Source: Nitrosopumilus sp.
GTDB taxonomy: Archaea; Thermoproteota; Nitrososphaeria; Nitrososphaerales; Nitrosopumilaceae
NCBI GenBank assembly: GCA_965218785.1
Contig: OZ244650.1
Location: 288,001-352,000, forward strand
Reading direction: 5' to 3'
Length of the DNA: 64,000 bases
This document shows positions 19,227 to 29,397 of the stretch, piece after piece (position 1 is the stretch's first letter; each line of letters opens with the position of its first letter). The notes beneath the pieces are model-generated. The model was not told the origin of the DNA. It did no database searches and saw only the letters and a list, made by a program, of their open reading frames with translations. Both the position numbers and the translations under genes were made by a program.

Positions 19227-20021
19227 CTAGCTACCAAACATGGATGTTATGATGTCACTTACTTTTTGATATTCTATGTCTCCCCACTGTGTGTAGACAT
19301 TTCCAAAGACAAACTTTGCGGCATCTTTTGCATCCATTCCCTTATCTAGTAATTTTCCAAATGCAATAGTCTCCCTTAAACTGGGGGAATAAAATAATTC
19401 TTCAACTGCGGCTGCCTGCCTTAATACATTTGCTAGTTTTATTGCTTGAATGATCTCTGATTCGTGTTCCCCGATAACGTGTTTTTTCACAATTTCCAGC
19501 TCTATGCCTTCCGGAGGATATTCAAGTCTGATTCGTATTGGGAATCTGCTTAGTATCTGTGGTGGAAGTTCCTTTGTGCCACTATGTGTTAATGGGTTTA
19601 TCGTTGCAACTACAAACCAACCTTCTTTTGCATTGATCATCTCTCCTGCCGATTCCTTTAGTGCAATCTGCCGTCTGTCATCTAATGCCTCATCTAGTCT
19701 AAGTAAGACATCTGCCTCTGCCGAATTGATTTCATCCAAGTAAAGCATGTCCCCCTCCCTCATCGATTTTATCAACAGCCCCTCATCAAAACTCACGGTT
19801 CCATTCTTCATCGTCTTTGTTCCCACCAGGTGGCTCTCTCTGGTTCTAAGGCTAAAATTAATGGACTCTAGATTCACATTCTTGCTTTTGGCAAAATCCC
19901 TGACCAGGGACGTCTTTCCGGTTCCCTTTGGTCCTATAATGAGCACAAAAAGATCTGCCTCATATGCCTTGTTTAGAATTTCAATTGAATTGTTCCAGTC
20001 CAGATACCGTATTTCTTCCAA
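19227..20021 (-). CDS. MoxR-family AAA+ ATPase (NorQ/CbbQ-like)
   Basis: Walker A GPKGTGKT, Walker B LYLDEIN, ATINP, SRF. Confidence 0.92.
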   Translation of the reverse strand: MEEIRYLDWNNSIEILNKAYEADLFVLIIGPKGTGKTSLVRDFAKSKNVNLESINFSLRTRESHLVGTKTMKNGTVSFDEGLLIKSMREGDMLYLDEINSAEADVLLRLDEALDDRRQIALKESAGEMINAKEGWFVVATINPLTHSGTKELPPQILSRFPIRIRLEYPPEGIELEIVKKHVIGEHESEIIQAIKLANVLRQAAAVEELFYSPSLRETIAFGKLLDKGMDAKDAAKFVFGNVYTQWGDIEYQKVSDIITSMFGS

Positions 20022-20059
20022 AGCATGTTTTCATGGGTTTCAACAATATTTAATTAGAT

Positions 20060-21517
20060 CTAATTTCCAAATGCCTCTACTTTTGCAAACGCCGCATCCA
20101 TTCTCTGGTGTAATATCTCATGCCATTTATCAAAACCGGCAGGAGTCTTTGGATAACTGTTGTAATGCTCTACCAACCATTGATTTTCTTTTGATGTAAA
20201 TCTGAGGCCATCTGCTACAGTCTTGTTCATTGCGCCTCTGATGATCATCCCAATCTTGCCCAAGCCAGAAAAGTCAGGATGCTCACCCTTGCTGATTGAT
20301 TCAACATCAAGATTTCCCAGAAAATGCTTCATGCCATAACTAATCTGCTCGTTACTCATTTGCTGTACGAGTCTTCTAAAAAGTTCAAGACCCGCGGTTT
20401 TGTATCCGTACTCTTTGATAAAATCAAGGTTGTATTGCCAGAGGCCTGCCTCTGAAACATCATCTGCTTCAAATGCCTGGGCTATATTGTTTCCAATAAG
20501 CGTTCCTGCAATTAATGCCGGCCCAATTCCGCCTGCGTCAATTGGTTTTGGCATCCATGCAGAATCCCCGACTAGCATGTATCCTCCTGATACCATGCAA
20601 TCATTTTGTCTTCTTACTGAAACCTGGAAGATTCCGGAATTGTTGTTGGCATCCTCCGGATCTTCTGATAATCTTGCATTCTTGATTGCCTTATTTCTAA
20701 CAAGATACTCTTCCATTAATGACTGCACGTTGTCTTTCTTACCCAGTCTTTTGTTTCGTCTTTCTAAAAATGATTTTTCAACCCCCAAGCCGATGTTGAC
20801 TTTGTTGTCTGCTTTAGGAAATACCCATCCATATCCGCCAGGTGCAATGTCCTGATCTAAATGGATTATACAATAATCAGAATCAAACTCTGAAAGATCT
20901 TTTTGGTCTTGATCAAAATACATGATGTACCTGCCGGTGGATTCCAAATCCTGCCTGTCTATTCTTTTTTCTACCTTGGTGGAGTTTTGTAGTCCGTTTC
21001 TAAGCACCGATGTTACCCCTGTTGCATCAACAACAAGCTTTGCCGTTTTTTTGAAGGGCTGTTTTATCTTGTTGTCAATTCCTTTAACGCCAACTGTTTG
21101 CAGTCCCTCGTAAATCAAACCTGTAAGATTTATCTCAAATTCAAACTCAATTCCTGCCTTTCTGCATCTCTCATTTTGAATCTCTGGAAGTTTTTGACGA
21201 TTCAGCATGTATCCTGCCCCGTCAAAGGGAATTGCAGTCTCTCTATCTGGCGAAAATGCCATGACCCCCTTTACATCATGTTCGATTTCCGGCCTGGTCC
21301 ATTCAACTTTGATTCCCTTTGACATGAAATCCACTGCCTCCTTGGAGCATGCATCACCGCACACCCAGCCTGCCAATGATTTTCTACCAGGCAAAAACTC
21401 TGAATTTCTATCAACAATTAATATCTTCAAATTTTGATTTGAATAGTGGGAGATTGCCTGAGCCGTGATGGTACCTGCAAGACCTCCTCCTGCAACTATA
21501 ACGTCATAATCTGCCAC
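20060..21517 (-). CDS. FAD-dependent oxidoreductase, geranylgeranyl reductase family
   Basis: GGGLAG, CGDA, DATG, PGGYGWVFPK and GDSA...GGI motifs. Confidence 0.88.
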   Translation of the reverse strand: MADYDVIVAGGGLAGTITAQAISHYSNQNLKILIVDRNSEFLPGRKSLAGWVCGDACSKEAVDFMSKGIKVEWTRPEIEHDVKGVMAFSPDRETAIPFDGAGYMLNRQKLPEIQNERCRKAGIEFEFEINLTGLIYEGLQTVGVKGIDNKIKQPFKKTAKLVVDATGVTSVLRNGLQNSTKVEKRIDRQDLESTGRYIMYFDQDQKDLSEFDSDYCIIHLDQDIAPGGYGWVFPKADNKVNIGLGVEKSFLERRNKRLGKKDNVQSLMEEYLVRNKAIKNARLSEDPEDANNNSGIFQVSVRRQNDCMVSGGYMLVGDSAWMPKPIDAGGIGPALIAGTLIGNNIAQAFEADDVSEAGLWQYNLDFIKEYGYKTAGLELFRRLVQQMSNEQISYGMKHFLGNLDVESISKGEHPDFSGLGKIGMIIRGAMNKTVADGLRFTSKENQWLVEHYNSYPKTPAGFDKWHEILHQRMDAAFAKVEAFGN

Positions 21518-21594
21518 GATAGTCAGGTTTGTCCATCCGTATTTAAAATAATACTATGACAAGACGGATTTCGTGACAAACTAGTTGATTCAAA

Positions 21595-21665
21595 TGGGGT
21601 CGGTTCGTCGCGGCGTCTTCATGGCTTTCGCTCAGACTGGAGCGGCTATTATTTCCTCATTCCCA
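21595..21665 (-). ncRNA. Candidate box C/D methylation guide sRNA
   Basis: Minus strand reads TGGGA-ATGAGGA(C)-guide-CTGA(D')-GCGAAAGC-ATGAAGA(C')-guide-CCGA(D)-CCCCA, with a terminal stem and an upstream TTAAATA. Confidence 0.7.
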
Positions 21666-21692
21666 ATGAATAAACCTGTCATTCCTATTTAA

Positions 21693-22118
21693 TTAGTTGG
21701 AAATTTGAAAAATTTCTGTAAATATTCTGACCGTATCTTTTTTGTTGTAAATCGGGGTGTGAATTCTTAATTTTATTGCGTCTTTTTCTCCAAATACGAG
21801 GTTTCCCCTGATTAGTTCTTGCTTGTCTAATCTCATATGAAATCTGGAATCTACGGTCCGCTCATCAATTTCTTCAATTAATTGACTGATTTGCTCGTCT
21901 GATAACAACTCGAGGAGTCTTCTCATAAAATTCTGGGCATCTTTTTTTACAATTTTTGCATTTAGCATGATTATCGGGTTCTCAAAATGTCCTGCAGTCT
22001 CCTCAACTGTGAAAACCTTCCCTTCAAGATTTAATGCCTCAAAAGATTGGAATATCTTTGAAATATCTTCAGTTGCATGAATGATTACATCAACTTCTAC
22101 TTTTATCTTCCCAACCAT
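21693..22118 (-). CDS. Predicted RNA-binding protein (DUF54/RNA_binding family)
   Basis: HATED, GHFENPI and RLDKQ motifs. Confidence 0.85.
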   Translation of the reverse strand: MVGKIKVEVDVIIHATEDISKIFQSFEALNLEGKVFTVEETAGHFENPIIMLNAKIVKKDAQNFMRRLLELLSDEQISQLIEEIDERTVDSRFHMRLDKQELIRGNLVFGEKDAIKLRIHTPIYNKKDTVRIFTEIFQISN

Positions 22119-22142
22119 GATTGTAAAACAATAATCTTTTGT

Positions 22143-22754
22143 TTATGCTTCTAGCAGTATTGTTTCTTTCTCTGCGGTTCTGATGAGCTTGACTTTCTCA
22201 AGACCTACATGTCTTACTCTGATAACCTTCTTGAATGCTGCCATGATATCCGAATTAATCTTGCTATAACAGGTAGCTTGTACGAATTGTTCGACTGTCA
22301 TATCCGGAATCGTCTTGTTAATCACATCTTTTGCAATTAACCTAAGAGCATGTTTTCTAGATGTGTTTAACGGTCTATGGGTTAGAGCGATTATCTTGAT
22401 TCTAAAGATATACCCATCCTTGGTTTTGATATCGATAATAAAATTGATTTTTGATGAGCCACGTCTAACCAGGCTACGCAGAAATTCTTTTGAATATTCA
22501 AATCTCTTGAAAATTGTTGTCGCCTTTTCCCCATCAACATTGTTAATTTGGAAGTAAATTTTGTATTGATGCTGTGAAGGATCGCCCTTTAGAATGTCGT
22601 AAAGTGTTACCTCGATAATTCTACCCTTTGCATTTTCATCACTGGTAATTGGAACATAACCGATTGGAACATTGTTAAAAGAGTCCGGGGCATTTACTGT
22701 AATCCAGCGTTTCTCCCTCCACTTGTCCTTTACTCGACCTTTTCTACGTGCCAA
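22143..22754 (-). CDS. rps3ae: 30S ribosomal protein S3Ae (eS1)
   Basis: KDKWREKRW and RSLVRRGSSKI. Confidence 0.97.
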   Translation of the reverse strand: MARRKGRVKDKWREKRWITVNAPDSFNNVPIGYVPITSDENAKGRIIEVTLYDILKGDPSQHQYKIYFQINNVDGEKATTIFKRFEYSKEFLRSLVRRGSSKINFIIDIKTKDGYIFRIKIIALTHRPLNTSRKHALRLIAKDVINKTIPDMTVEQFVQATCYSKINSDIMAAFKKVIRVRHVGLEKVKLIRTAEKETILLEA

Positions 22755-22792
22755 TTATTATCGACCTTTGAACCCAAAATATAAGGGTGTTG

Positions 22793-24058
22793 CTAGATCT
22801 CTTTCTGATCTCCCATGTAACTCTGTAAAACCCGGGGAATTCTGATGTGACCGTCTTTTGTTTGGAAATTTTCCATCATGGAGACTAGAACTCTGGTTGT
22901 GGCAACAAGAGTGCTGTTTAGCGTATGCAAATACTGCGTATCCTCATTTGTCTTGTCCCTGAATCTTATCTTCAGCCTCCTTGCCTGAAAATCCAAACAA
23001 TTTGAACAGGACACAATTTCCCTGTAGGCATTTTGTCCTGCCATCCACGCCTCAATATCGTACGTCTTTGCTGAAACTTTTCCCATATCCCCCGAGGAGA
23101 GAAGCATCACTTTGTGTGCAATGCCCAAGTTCTGATAAAATTCTTCGGCAACTGATAGCATCTTTTCATGCTCGTTCCAAGAATCCTCCGGTCTTGAGAA
23201 TACAAACTGTTCAATTTTGTCAAATTGATGTACTCTGAAAATCCCCTTTTGGTCCCTGCCGTGCGCACCTGCCTCCTTTCTAAAACACGGACTGACACCG
23301 GCATACCTGATTGGCAGATCCCTGCCATCGATGATCTCTTTTGAATGCATGGCTGCCATGGCATGTTCGGATGTTCCAATCATGTATAGATCCTCGTCCT
23401 CAACTTTGTAGATGACTTCTTCAAAATCATCTGCGATGACTGCCCCCTGCATTGATTCCTGATTGATCATGTATGGCGGCTGAACAAGCGAGTATCTTTT
23501 TTCTGCCAAAAAGTCTAGCGCGTAGTGAATTAGTGATTGATTCAGTCTTACCAGATCATTTTTTAGATAATAGAATCTGGCACCTGCTACTTTTGCAGCT
23601 CGCCGCAGATCTACTAGATCCAAATTTTCAGCAATATCAATGTGATCATTTATTTTAAAATCAAAATCCGGGACGGTCCCCCATTTTCTTATTTCCTTGT
23701 TGGCAGTTTCATCTACCCCAACTGGAACTGATTTGTGGAGAAGATTTGGAATTGTCAATGCCAGTTTGGAATATTTACTTTCTACGGTTTCTTGTTCTGC
23801 TTCTAATTTTACAAGCTCATCTCCGGTTTTTTTCATCTCTCCTAAAATTAATGATGCATCTTGGCCTGCCTTCTTTTTTTGTGAAATCTCCAAAGCTACG
23901 TGATTTTTCTTTTTTCTTAATTCATCGGTTTTGATGATGAGTTCGCGCCTTTTTTGATCAAACCGCACCAGTCCGTCCAAATCAAAGTCTACAGATCTTG
24001 CCTTGAGCATGTCTCGAATAATCTGTGGTTTTTCTTTGATTAATTTTGGATCCAGCAT
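22793..24058 (-). CDS. serS: Serine--tRNA ligase
   Basis: GTSEH, FRKEAGAHGRD, EIVSCSNC and HTLNST motifs. Confidence 0.98.
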   Translation of the reverse strand: MLDPKLIKEKPQIIRDMLKARSVDFDLDGLVRFDQKRRELIIKTDELRKKKNHVALEISQKKKAGQDASLILGEMKKTGDELVKLEAEQETVESKYSKLALTIPNLLHKSVPVGVDETANKEIRKWGTVPDFDFKINDHIDIAENLDLVDLRRAAKVAGARFYYLKNDLVRLNQSLIHYALDFLAEKRYSLVQPPYMINQESMQGAVIADDFEEVIYKVEDEDLYMIGTSEHAMAAMHSKEIIDGRDLPIRYAGVSPCFRKEAGAHGRDQKGIFRVHQFDKIEQFVFSRPEDSWNEHEKMLSVAEEFYQNLGIAHKVMLLSSGDMGKVSAKTYDIEAWMAGQNAYREIVSCSNCLDFQARRLKIRFRDKTNEDTQYLHTLNSTLVATTRVLVSMMENFQTKDGHIRIPRVLQSYMGDQKEI

Positions 24059-24301
24059 TTATTCAATCACCTTTAATGCGACCTGGATGTGTTCTAATAC
24101 TTCATCAATGGTTCCAATAAGCTGCTTCATATTCTCCTCACATTCAAAATTAAAAACTAGCTTGTTATCAATATTTTCAACATAAAGACTCAGTCCCTGT
24201 GGAAAATTTACATTATCAGGCTCTAATGCCTTTTTGACAGTTTCTGCCTTTTCTCTTGGTAAGTTATTGAGAACTACCTGTACTTGACACGTTAACGACA
24301 T
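24059..24301 (-). CDS. pcc1: KEOPS subunit Pcc1
   Basis: ALEPDN motif; conserved rps15-DHH-pcc1 gene order. Confidence 0.8.
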   Translation of the reverse strand: MSLTCQVQVVLNNLPREKAETVKKALEPDNVNFPQGLSLYVENIDNKLVFNFECEENMKQLIGTIDEVLEHIQVALKVIE

Positions 24302-25685
24302 TTACTTCTAGATAGTTCAAAAAGTCATCTAATTTGTCTTTAGTTATTTTTGCCCCGGCCGCTGCGTTATGACCTCCTCCGATGCCGTCAAACTTTTCAG
24401 CCCCCACCCTCATTAGATCGCTTAGATTGATCTCAGATTTACAGCCAAACGATTTTCTTGATGAGAATTTTATCGTGTTTTCTTCGGCCTTGGTTCTAAG
24501 AATTACAATTTTTCCAGCATTTTTTGGCGCCCCGGCAATCAGTGATGAAATCGTTCCAGTCATCGTTTCTGGAACTATATCCTCGCCATTTACCATGACA
24601 CATGTCTCACTTTCAGAGATCCTCCACCGTTCATTTGATAAAATACTCATGTATTCACGAATCATCTTTCTATACTGTGTCAGAATGGTTTCTCCTTCTC
24701 TTAGGATCTTGTTTCTGTCTCCCATGCATATTGCCATTCCAACACCTGAACGATTGATTCTCCCACACGAGTTTAGCATGGTTGAAAATTCCCTTCCATC
24801 TCTTAGGAAACTTCTTTTGTCCTCTTTTGGAAATGTGTAGGTATACCCAATTAATTCTGACATTATTTCGGTGGCATTTTTTCCAGAAGCAAACTTTGTG
24901 ATTGATTCAATTACCAGTCTTTTTTCCTCCTCATCTAATTCTGCAGGAACCCTCCATCTCCCTTCGTCCTTTAATTGAATTCCCGATGAATCTAGTAGCG
25001 CAAGACATGCATCCCGGTTCCAAGTCAGACCCTCGATAAATGGCTGCGAAGTAAATCCAAGGGCGTCTGGAAGCGGCCTTGTCTCTCTTCCGACTAGTAA
25101 TAAATCCAAATCAATATCTACCAGACCCAGTTCTTTGGCAGTGTTTGCAATCTCAAAGTTCTTGCCCGTAAATGATTTTCTTTCTCCCTGGTCTTGTCTG
25201 TCTCCTAATGCAGAAACAACTGCTATTGCTGATAAATCAGAATTTCTTTCATCAAGTGCAGTTGATGCAAGGTATGCCATCCCACCGGCGCAAATCTCAG
25301 TTCCTCCATCCATCCCATATTTCCAGGCATTGATTACATTTTGATTATCCAACTCCTCATCTGGAATCTGATGATGGTCCAAGACAACCCAGTTATCTCC
25401 CAGGACTTCGTTTAGATTCCTTGCAAATCCTCCTCCCAAATCTGTCACTATGTGAAAATCCCTGGAATCTGTCTTGAAAGACTCTGCTACATTTTTACTA
25501 AATTCTTTTGATGTTCTAACGGTACATTTTGCTCCTGCCCTGATTAGGGCCTTGGTGATGATACTTCCGGATGTAAGCCCATCACAATCAATATGGGTGG
25601 TCACAAAAATTGATTTTCTGGATTTTATACAATCTGAAATTCTATCCTTGAAAAATGAAAGCGACTCATCAAGTGATTTTGCCAT
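24264..25685 (-). CDS. DHH/DHHA1 phosphoesterase (RecJ-like)
   Basis: HIDCDG, DLG, DHH and GGGHNAAAG motifs. Confidence 0.92.
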   Translation of the reverse strand: MAKSLDESLSFFKDRISDCIKSRKSIFVTTHIDCDGLTSGSIITKALIRAGAKCTVRTSKEFSKNVAESFKTDSRDFHIVTDLGGGFARNLNEVLGDNWVVLDHHQIPDEELDNQNVINAWKYGMDGGTEICAGGMAYLASTALDERNSDLSAIAVVSALGDRQDQGERKSFTGKNFEIANTAKELGLVDIDLDLLLVGRETRPLPDALGFTSQPFIEGLTWNRDACLALLDSSGIQLKDEGRWRVPAELDEEEKRLVIESITKFASGKNATEIMSELIGYTYTFPKEDKRSFLRDGREFSTMLNSCGRINRSGVGMAICMGDRNKILREGETILTQYRKMIREYMSILSNERWRISESETCVMVNGEDIVPETMTGTISSLIAGAPKNAGKIVILRTKAEENTIKFSSRKSFGCKSEINLSDLMRVGAEKFDGIGGGHNAAAGAKITKDKLDDFLNYLEVNVVNVSSTGSSQ

Positions 25686-26134
25686 TACTCTAGTTGAGCA
25701 ACTACTGATTTATATTTCCAGTTTTTAGGAATTCTTTGAATTCTTTTATAGTATACTGATAACCTGTGAACTTTGGCCTCAATCAATTCCAGGGATCTTA
25801 CGTTTCTTCTGTCTCCTTTGTTTGCCTTTAGATGTTTTTGGAGACCCACTGCTTTTTTGACAATATTTTCAAGATCTTCTGGCATTTCTGGTTTCAAATC
25901 ATTTTCTTCTAAAACCTCACCGATGCTTTTTTTGATAATTGGTTTGATTAGGGGAATCGAGTGTTGATCTCTTAATTTAATTCCAATCTGACTGGGAGTC
26001 AACCCTTCTTTAGAATACTTTATCACCAGTTCTTCAATTTCTTTGGGGCTCTGGGTTATCCAGGAAGGCACACGCAGCGTAGCTGGTCTGATAGAGTGTG
26101 ACTTTCCATGTCTGTGCGTATGCATTCGACCCAT
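25685..26134 (-). CDS. rps15: 30S ribosomal protein S15 (uS15)
   Basis: MGRMHTHRHGKSHS, PSQIGIKLRD and PEDL. Confidence 0.98.
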   Translation of the reverse strand: MGRMHTHRHGKSHSIRPATLRVPSWITQSPKEIEELVIKYSKEGLTPSQIGIKLRDQHSIPLIKPIIKKSIGEVLEENDLKPEMPEDLENIVKKAVGLQKHLKANKGDRRNVRSLELIEAKVHRLSVYYKRIQRIPKNWKYKSVVAQLE

Positions 26135-26277
26135 GATTTGGCTGATTTTAGAACAGAATTAAATGTTACTTTGAGCATTCACTCTTGTGCATTATACTAG
26201 CAATCCAACTGATCCGGTACAAAAATGTCTGACTTTTCTCTCTCATGATTAATCTAATCGATCCTGTTTATACAAAA

Positions 26278-27084
26278 TTACCTTCGCTTTAGATAATTAG
26301 ACAAAATCTCATCTGCCATCTCTGGGGCCTCGATATCCTTTTTCATGGCCATACTGCGCAATTTCCTGGCATTGCTCTTGTTTAATGAAATGGTAACTTT
26401 TTGCTGTAACAGTCCTGCCCTTGCTCTTTTGAGCAGTTTGGGATGTGATGACTTTGGACTCCTAGACAAACAACGAAGATACTCTTTTCTTAGTTTCTGT
26501 TCTAGTGGAATTACCCTTTCTGCTATTTTTACAGCCTTTGGAATATTTGAAACTATTTGATATAGCCTGCTTACATCATCACGGGACAGCTCCTTTGGCA
26601 CGTACTGCCTTAGCTTGTCTGGAACTGCGGCAAACCCGAGATATTTCTTGAGGGTTTGTGATGAGATTCCCAAAGATTTTGCAGCCTTTGCCTTGCCGAG
26701 TGATTCTGTCAGGAACACGCAAGCTCCAGTCATGTCCTTTGTATTCATCTTGTTGCGGTGCAAATTCTCAACTACTGATGCTGCCTTTGCATCCTCCAGG
26801 TCATATCTTGTATTTTGAGTCAACAGTAATACGGGAATTTTTTTCGCACCCAGTCTTTTTAGTGCCGCAAGCCTTCTCTGACCGGACATCAGCAGGTACG
26901 AGTTTTTTGATTCCTTTTGGACCATGGGAGGATTCTGCAGTCCATCGTTTTTGATGGATTTTGCAAGCTCTGCTATTCCGTCCCTGTCTAACTTTCTTGC
27001 TTGGGCATCACGCCACACCTTGATATGCTTTATCGGGATCTCTTTTAGACGGTAGGATATTGGAGAAGAATAGCGTCTTGCCAC
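26278..27084 (-). CDS. ParB/Srx N-terminal domain protein with HTH
   Basis: LAKSIKNDGLQNP, SGQRRLAA, ENLHR, then an HTH. Confidence 0.88.
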   Translation of the reverse strand: MARRYSSPISYRLKEIPIKHIKVWRDAQARKLDRDGIAELAKSIKNDGLQNPPMVQKESKNSYLLMSGQRRLAALKRLGAKKIPVLLLTQNTRYDLEDAKAASVVENLHRNKMNTKDMTGACVFLTESLGKAKAAKSLGISSQTLKKYLGFAAVPDKLRQYVPKELSRDDVSRLYQIVSNIPKAVKIAERVIPLEQKLRKEYLRCLSRSPKSSHPKLLKRARAGLLQQKVTISLNKSNARKLRSMAMKKDIEAPEMADEILSNYLKRR

Positions 27085-27451
27085 AAATTTGTGATGGTGG
27101 CATTAATGTTAAATGAGAGTGATATGACATAGTTGACAAAATGAAAAATTCATTTTATTTTATCTGACCTGCATTTCTTGTCAACGGGTTTTACCTGATG
27201 ATCCCCACCCTCTCTTTTTGAACTTGCTTTACAGCTGTAATTTTAGTACTTTTTGGAATTAATTGCAGACAAACAAAGATTATCTGCTTTGTCGTTTCCA
27301 GTATTATGATGGTCTGCATTAAGGTCAATTATGCGAAAAACGGATCGGTCTGGGATGAAGGACCAATAACTGATTATTATTAGATCACCAAAAAAGATGG
27401 TCGCATTTAATGGCAGGACTCAAGCCTCTGATAGTTTTCCAACAAATAATC

Positions 27452-27540
27452 GCAAAACCGGCTGAAAATCGTATCTTGAGCGCTTTATGGATAAAATTGG
27501 GGCAAATACCTCTTTTAGTTGCAAAACCGGCTGAAAATCG
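27452..27540 (+). repeat. Perfect 20-bp direct repeat GCAAAACCGGCTGAAAATCG x2
   Basis: Copies at 27452-27471 and 27521-27540. Confidence 0.9.
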
Positions 27541-27637
27541 GTGCCTCGCGCCCCTCTGATCTCGTATAATGTCGAAATTCGGGGTTAGAATAAAAGTTAA
27601 ATAAGTCTCTGCATCCAAAATGAACAGGTAAATCGAT

Positions 27638-27970
27638 ATGAATACAAAAATACTTTTGACAACAACCATGTTGGCTGTATTTTTCTTCGGCGCTATCGGT
27701 GCAGCATCAATTGCATTTGCCCAATACATGGGCAACGTTGGTGGCGCGGGAGAAACCGGATCTTACACATTAGAAGAAGCACTCGAGATTCAACGTAGAA
27801 GAATCGAGGCTGTTCAAGAATATCCAAACACTGGATCTGGAACCCCATATCTTGATGCAGATGGTGTAGGCGGCGCTGCCGCTATTTCAGCTGTAGTCTT
27901 TGGTGGTATTGCAGGTGCTTTACTACTTAAAGGAAGATCGGGCAAATACGCAGCAATGGGTAGAGGATAA
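27638..27970 (+). CDS. amoZ: Probable ammonia monooxygenase subunit AmoZ
   Basis: Signal peptide, helical region and C-terminal TM; paired with an amoY-like gene near amoB, the arrangement recalled for Nitrosopumilaceae. The Y/Z assignment is from recalled topology. Confidence 0.7.
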   Translation: MNTKILLTTTMLAVFFFGAIGAASIAFAQYMGNVGGAGETGSYTLEEALEIQRRRIEAVQEYPNTGSGTPYLDADGVGGAAAISAVVFGGIAGALLLKGRSGKYAAMGRG

Positions 27971-28078
27971 AACCCCACTTTTCTCTTATTTTATTAATCG
28001 CCTCTAGTGTATACTGATCTCGTCTTTTTTAATAATAAAGGAAATGTATATATCGCACAAATAGAGCCAAAATATACA

Positions 28079-28348
28079 ATGACTCCTATCATAGGAACTT
28101 TCCTTAGCATCCTGTCATCAATTACAGGACAACTGGGACCAAACTATGATCCATTATTCTACGATGTAATGATTTACATCTTCGGAACCATCATGTTCAC
28201 AGTATTCCTTCTTGGAATCATCTCATTCTGGTTGCGTGTACACGGATGGGCTTACAAAGACAATCGTGAGAGATGGGTTGATGAATTGGACAGACATTTT
28301 GAAAGAGAAGGTATTGGCCTGATTCCAGACAACGGCAAATACTGGTAA
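28079..28348 (+). CDS. amoY: Probable ammonia monooxygenase subunit AmoY
   Basis: Single TM (YDPLFYDVMIYIFG...WLRVHGW); TATA near 28046; one gene away from amoB. Confidence 0.7.
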   Translation: MTPIIGTFLSILSSITGQLGPNYDPLFYDVMIYIFGTIMFTVFLLGIISFWLRVHGWAYKDNRERWVDELDRHFEREGIGLIPDNGKYW

Positions 28349-28440
28349 ACTTTCTTCTTCTTTTCATTATTTTTAAAATTCCGTGCTACTGAAAGTAGTT
28401 TCAGTAATTGAGCAAACTTTATTTTTTTTATCTGGAAACT

Positions 28441-29010
28441 CTAATTTTCAGGTGGAAGAAAATCGCTGTCTTGTGATGCATCATAGTCCTGTTTGGGTGG
28501 AAGAAAATCTTGGTCTTTTGATGTATCATAATCCTTTGAAGTAAACACTCCCTTGTAGTGATATCCCTCCTGTAATGGATGATTGATGAAATGGGGCGAC
28601 TCTTTACCATTGACGTACATTGTTGATTTGCTCTGCTCCATATCTCTTAGAGGAAAGTCCCACATCCACAAAAAGTGGCCTATCTGAAATTGATATTCTT
28701 CTATCCATTCCACATAAATCGTTCCGTCATTAGTCAGGGTGTACATGGTCCTGTGACAATTCCCATCGTTTAATCCTATGTTGGCTGGAATGTCTGCTTT
28801 TTCACCATCAATTATGATTTCTAGTGTTGCCTTGATCTTGTATGGCGTCTCCTTGTCATTTATGCAAACTTTCAGAGGATCATTTTGGCTAAACTGGCCT
28901 TGAATTAGACTGCTTGTTGCACCTACCGAAATTGCGATAACTGCAGTGATCACTAGGAATTTTATTGTTTTCTTGCGTTTTGTTGGATCTCCCATTCCAG
29001 GCCAAATCAT
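28441..29010 (-). CDS. Membrane-anchored conserved hypothetical protein between amoB and amoY
   Basis: N-terminal TM, IPANIG...C..YT motif; start uncertain (29010 or 29043). Confidence 0.75.
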   Translation of the reverse strand: MIWPGMGDPTKRKKTIKFLVITAVIAISVGATSSLIQGQFSQNDPLKVCINDKETPYKIKATLEIIIDGEKADIPANIGLNDGNCHRTMYTLTNDGTIYVEWIEEYQFQIGHFLWMWDFPLRDMEQSKSTMYVNGKESPHFINHPLQEGYHYKGVFTSKDYDTSKDQDFLPPKQDYDASQDSDFLPPEN

Positions 29011-29397
29011 TGTGATGACTTTGATTATGTCCCTTAAAGTCATTTCTCCTAGCCATATTATCTATGATTCTGATGATGGGCTAGAAACAGATTATTTTGT
29101 CTGAATCAACCATCTGCTGATTCCTTTGATTGGTCTTTAACAAAAAGTCATCTGGGCATTCATTCTGATCATATTTTCTCATTTTTTTGGTTTTATTTCA
29201 AAAGGCAATTTGAGAACTTGACTCATCTGTATACCACTTTATTTATCAGAACCAAATGATACTTTTTTGCCAAAAAAAACAACCCTGAAAAATATCTGAT
29301 TTCATCATTTTGGAACTATCTTTCATTACTTTTTCTTCATTAAAATTGATCATACGAAACCGTAATGACTAGTTAGAAAATGAAAAAGATGGGTAGT

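Noticed and set aside
27385-27735. 116-aa minus-strand ORF with repeated RFSAGFA
   Set aside because: Antisense to amoZ; the repeated peptide only reflects the 20-bp DNA repeat
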